Of a stretch of DNA of 64,000 nt, positions 63,195-64,000 are shown in pieces. Position 1 is the stretch's first letter. Every line of letters starts with the position of its first letter. The translations under genes and the position numbers were made by a program. Source of the DNA: Candidatus Parcubacteria bacterium. Its GTDB lineage: Bacteria > Patescibacteriota > Minisyncoccia > JACPXH01. Below the pieces are notes generated by a model. The model did not search any database. It saw nothing but the letters and a program-made list of their open reading frames with translations, and had not been told where the DNA came from. The stretch lies in contig JACPXH010000006.1 in assembly GCA_016196625.1 (NCBI GenBank), positions 32,660-96,659 on the forward strand, written 5' to 3'.

Positions 63195-64000
63195 CTAAAG
63201 CCGGATTTCTTTTTCCAGCCATTCGATTTTCTCATGTTTTCGTCTCCAGAAGATATCTTCCCAGATATAGTGAACCGCGAGCATGGAGTACTTTCCATAT
63301 CTTTTTATGATGTCGTTGCGGATTTTCTCCACTGGCACCATGCTCTTGCCGTAAAACAATCGGGAGTATATCTTTTGCTGCCACGGCGCAATGTGATCGA
63401 ACACGTCGTCGTGATGGTACGCCTCAAAGAGGAGAATGCGCGCGGTTTCAGGACCAACGCCATAGAGCTTGATGAGTTCGCGTTTCGCGCTATCTTTGTC
63501 GAATGTTCGCAGCTTCATTTCGTCAATTGTCCCATTGGCGAAGTCTTGGGACAAGCGCTTGACGAATTTTGCCCGATAGCCAATTTTCAAATCTCGCAGC
63601 GTTTGCTCGGGGACATTTGCGATCTCCTGCGGGAGCCAGATCGCCCACAGCTCATGGCTGTCAAACGTAGCACGCGTTCCGAACGCTCCGAGCAGCGCGT
63701 CGAGCATCTGCTGGCTTCGGCGAACCGTGGCGTTTTGCAGCATAATCGCAATGTTCAGCAACTCATACAATGTGTTTGGACTCTGGCTTCTCATCCCCAA
63801 CCACTTTTTGAAGACAGGATAAAATCGTTTGTCCTTCTGTGCGAGCCGCGTGAACTCCCGGAGGTCTTTGTTTAGCGCAAACCGCCAGATGATCTCTTTT
63901 CGTATTTCCTTCCGTGCTTCAGTGGTCAGCGGCTTCGATCCGTACACCGTGATCTTAAGCTGCGGTTTACTCGTCGTGTCCCGGTTTTCAATTTTCAGGC
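63195..64000 (-). CDS. HhH-GPD superfamily DNA glycosylase (AlkA/Ogg-like), N-terminus beyond window end
   Basis: LIKLYGVGPETARILL is the helix-hairpin-helix GPD motif, with the catalytic Asp region downstream. The ORF is open at the window edge. Confidence 0.55.
   Translation of the reverse strand, partial: LKIENRDTTSKPQLKITVYGSKPLTTEARKEIRKEIIWRFALNKDLREFTRLAQKDKRFYPVFKKWLGMRSQSPNTLYELLNIAIMLQNATVRRSQQMLDALLGAFGTRATFDSHELWAIWLPQEIANVPEQTLRDLKIGYRAKFVKRLSQDFANGTIDEMKLRTFDKDSAKRELIKLYGVGPETARILLFEAYHHDDVFDHIAPWQQKIYSRLFYGKSMVPVEKIRNDIIKRYGKYSMLAVHYIWEDIFWRRKHEKIEWLEKEIRL

Noticed and set aside
1-64000. CRISPR arrays, rRNA genes, additional tRNAs
   Set aside because: No direct repeats of 24-48 bp with regular unique spacers were seen. 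The only T-arm-like GGTTCGAATCC is in the tRNA-Lys at 25034-25107. No 16S/23S/5S-like conserved stretches were found.

Overview
This is a ~64 kb bacterial chromosomal segment with moderately high GC and patchy composition. Its compact housekeeping content hints at an uncultivated, possibly CPR/Patescibacteria-like lineage, but that cannot be proven from sequence alone.

The conserved backbone comprises rmuC, rplU, recR, dnaB, cysS, a four-helix-bundle protein, corA, the heat-shock locus hrcA-grpE-hsp20-dnaK-dnaJ with a CIRCE operator, and aspS. It continues with a dacA-like gene, mraY, then two unknown genes and a D-aminoacylase before murD-ftsW-murG. After that come gltX, an M23 peptidase, a xerC/D-like recombinase, a Cas4-like PD-(D/E)XK nuclease, rpmA, rplI, acyP, ctpA, an LCP gene and a glycosyltransferase/O-antigen-ligase cluster.

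The accessory material is:
- An IS30 element whose transposase is broken at an A7 'A AAA AAG' tract, and an IS1595 transposase remnant.
- A MITE-like hairpin-repeat family, at least 5 copies, one of which carries a small GIY-YIG nuclease gene.
- An AT-rich island beside tRNA-Lys(UUU) with a NYN protein, a LAGLIDADG endonuclease, a HIT protein and a Panacea-antitoxin/RelE-like pair.
- High-GC blocks of tiny zinc-ribbon and membrane genes.
- A vapBC cassette flanked by ~85 bp direct repeats, and two hicAB pairs.

Several repeat families are not explained by any gene: heptamer and nonamer tandem arrays arranged as inverted pairs; a 26 bp AT-rich perfect palindrome in three copies; and a ~30 bp 'GCATTAT..TACGATCGTA..ATAATGC' palindrome near cysS and aspS. 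A ~1 kb gene-free gap contains two promoter-driven structured candidate RNAs.

All calls rest on reading the sequence and ORF track by eye. No database searches or folding computations were run.
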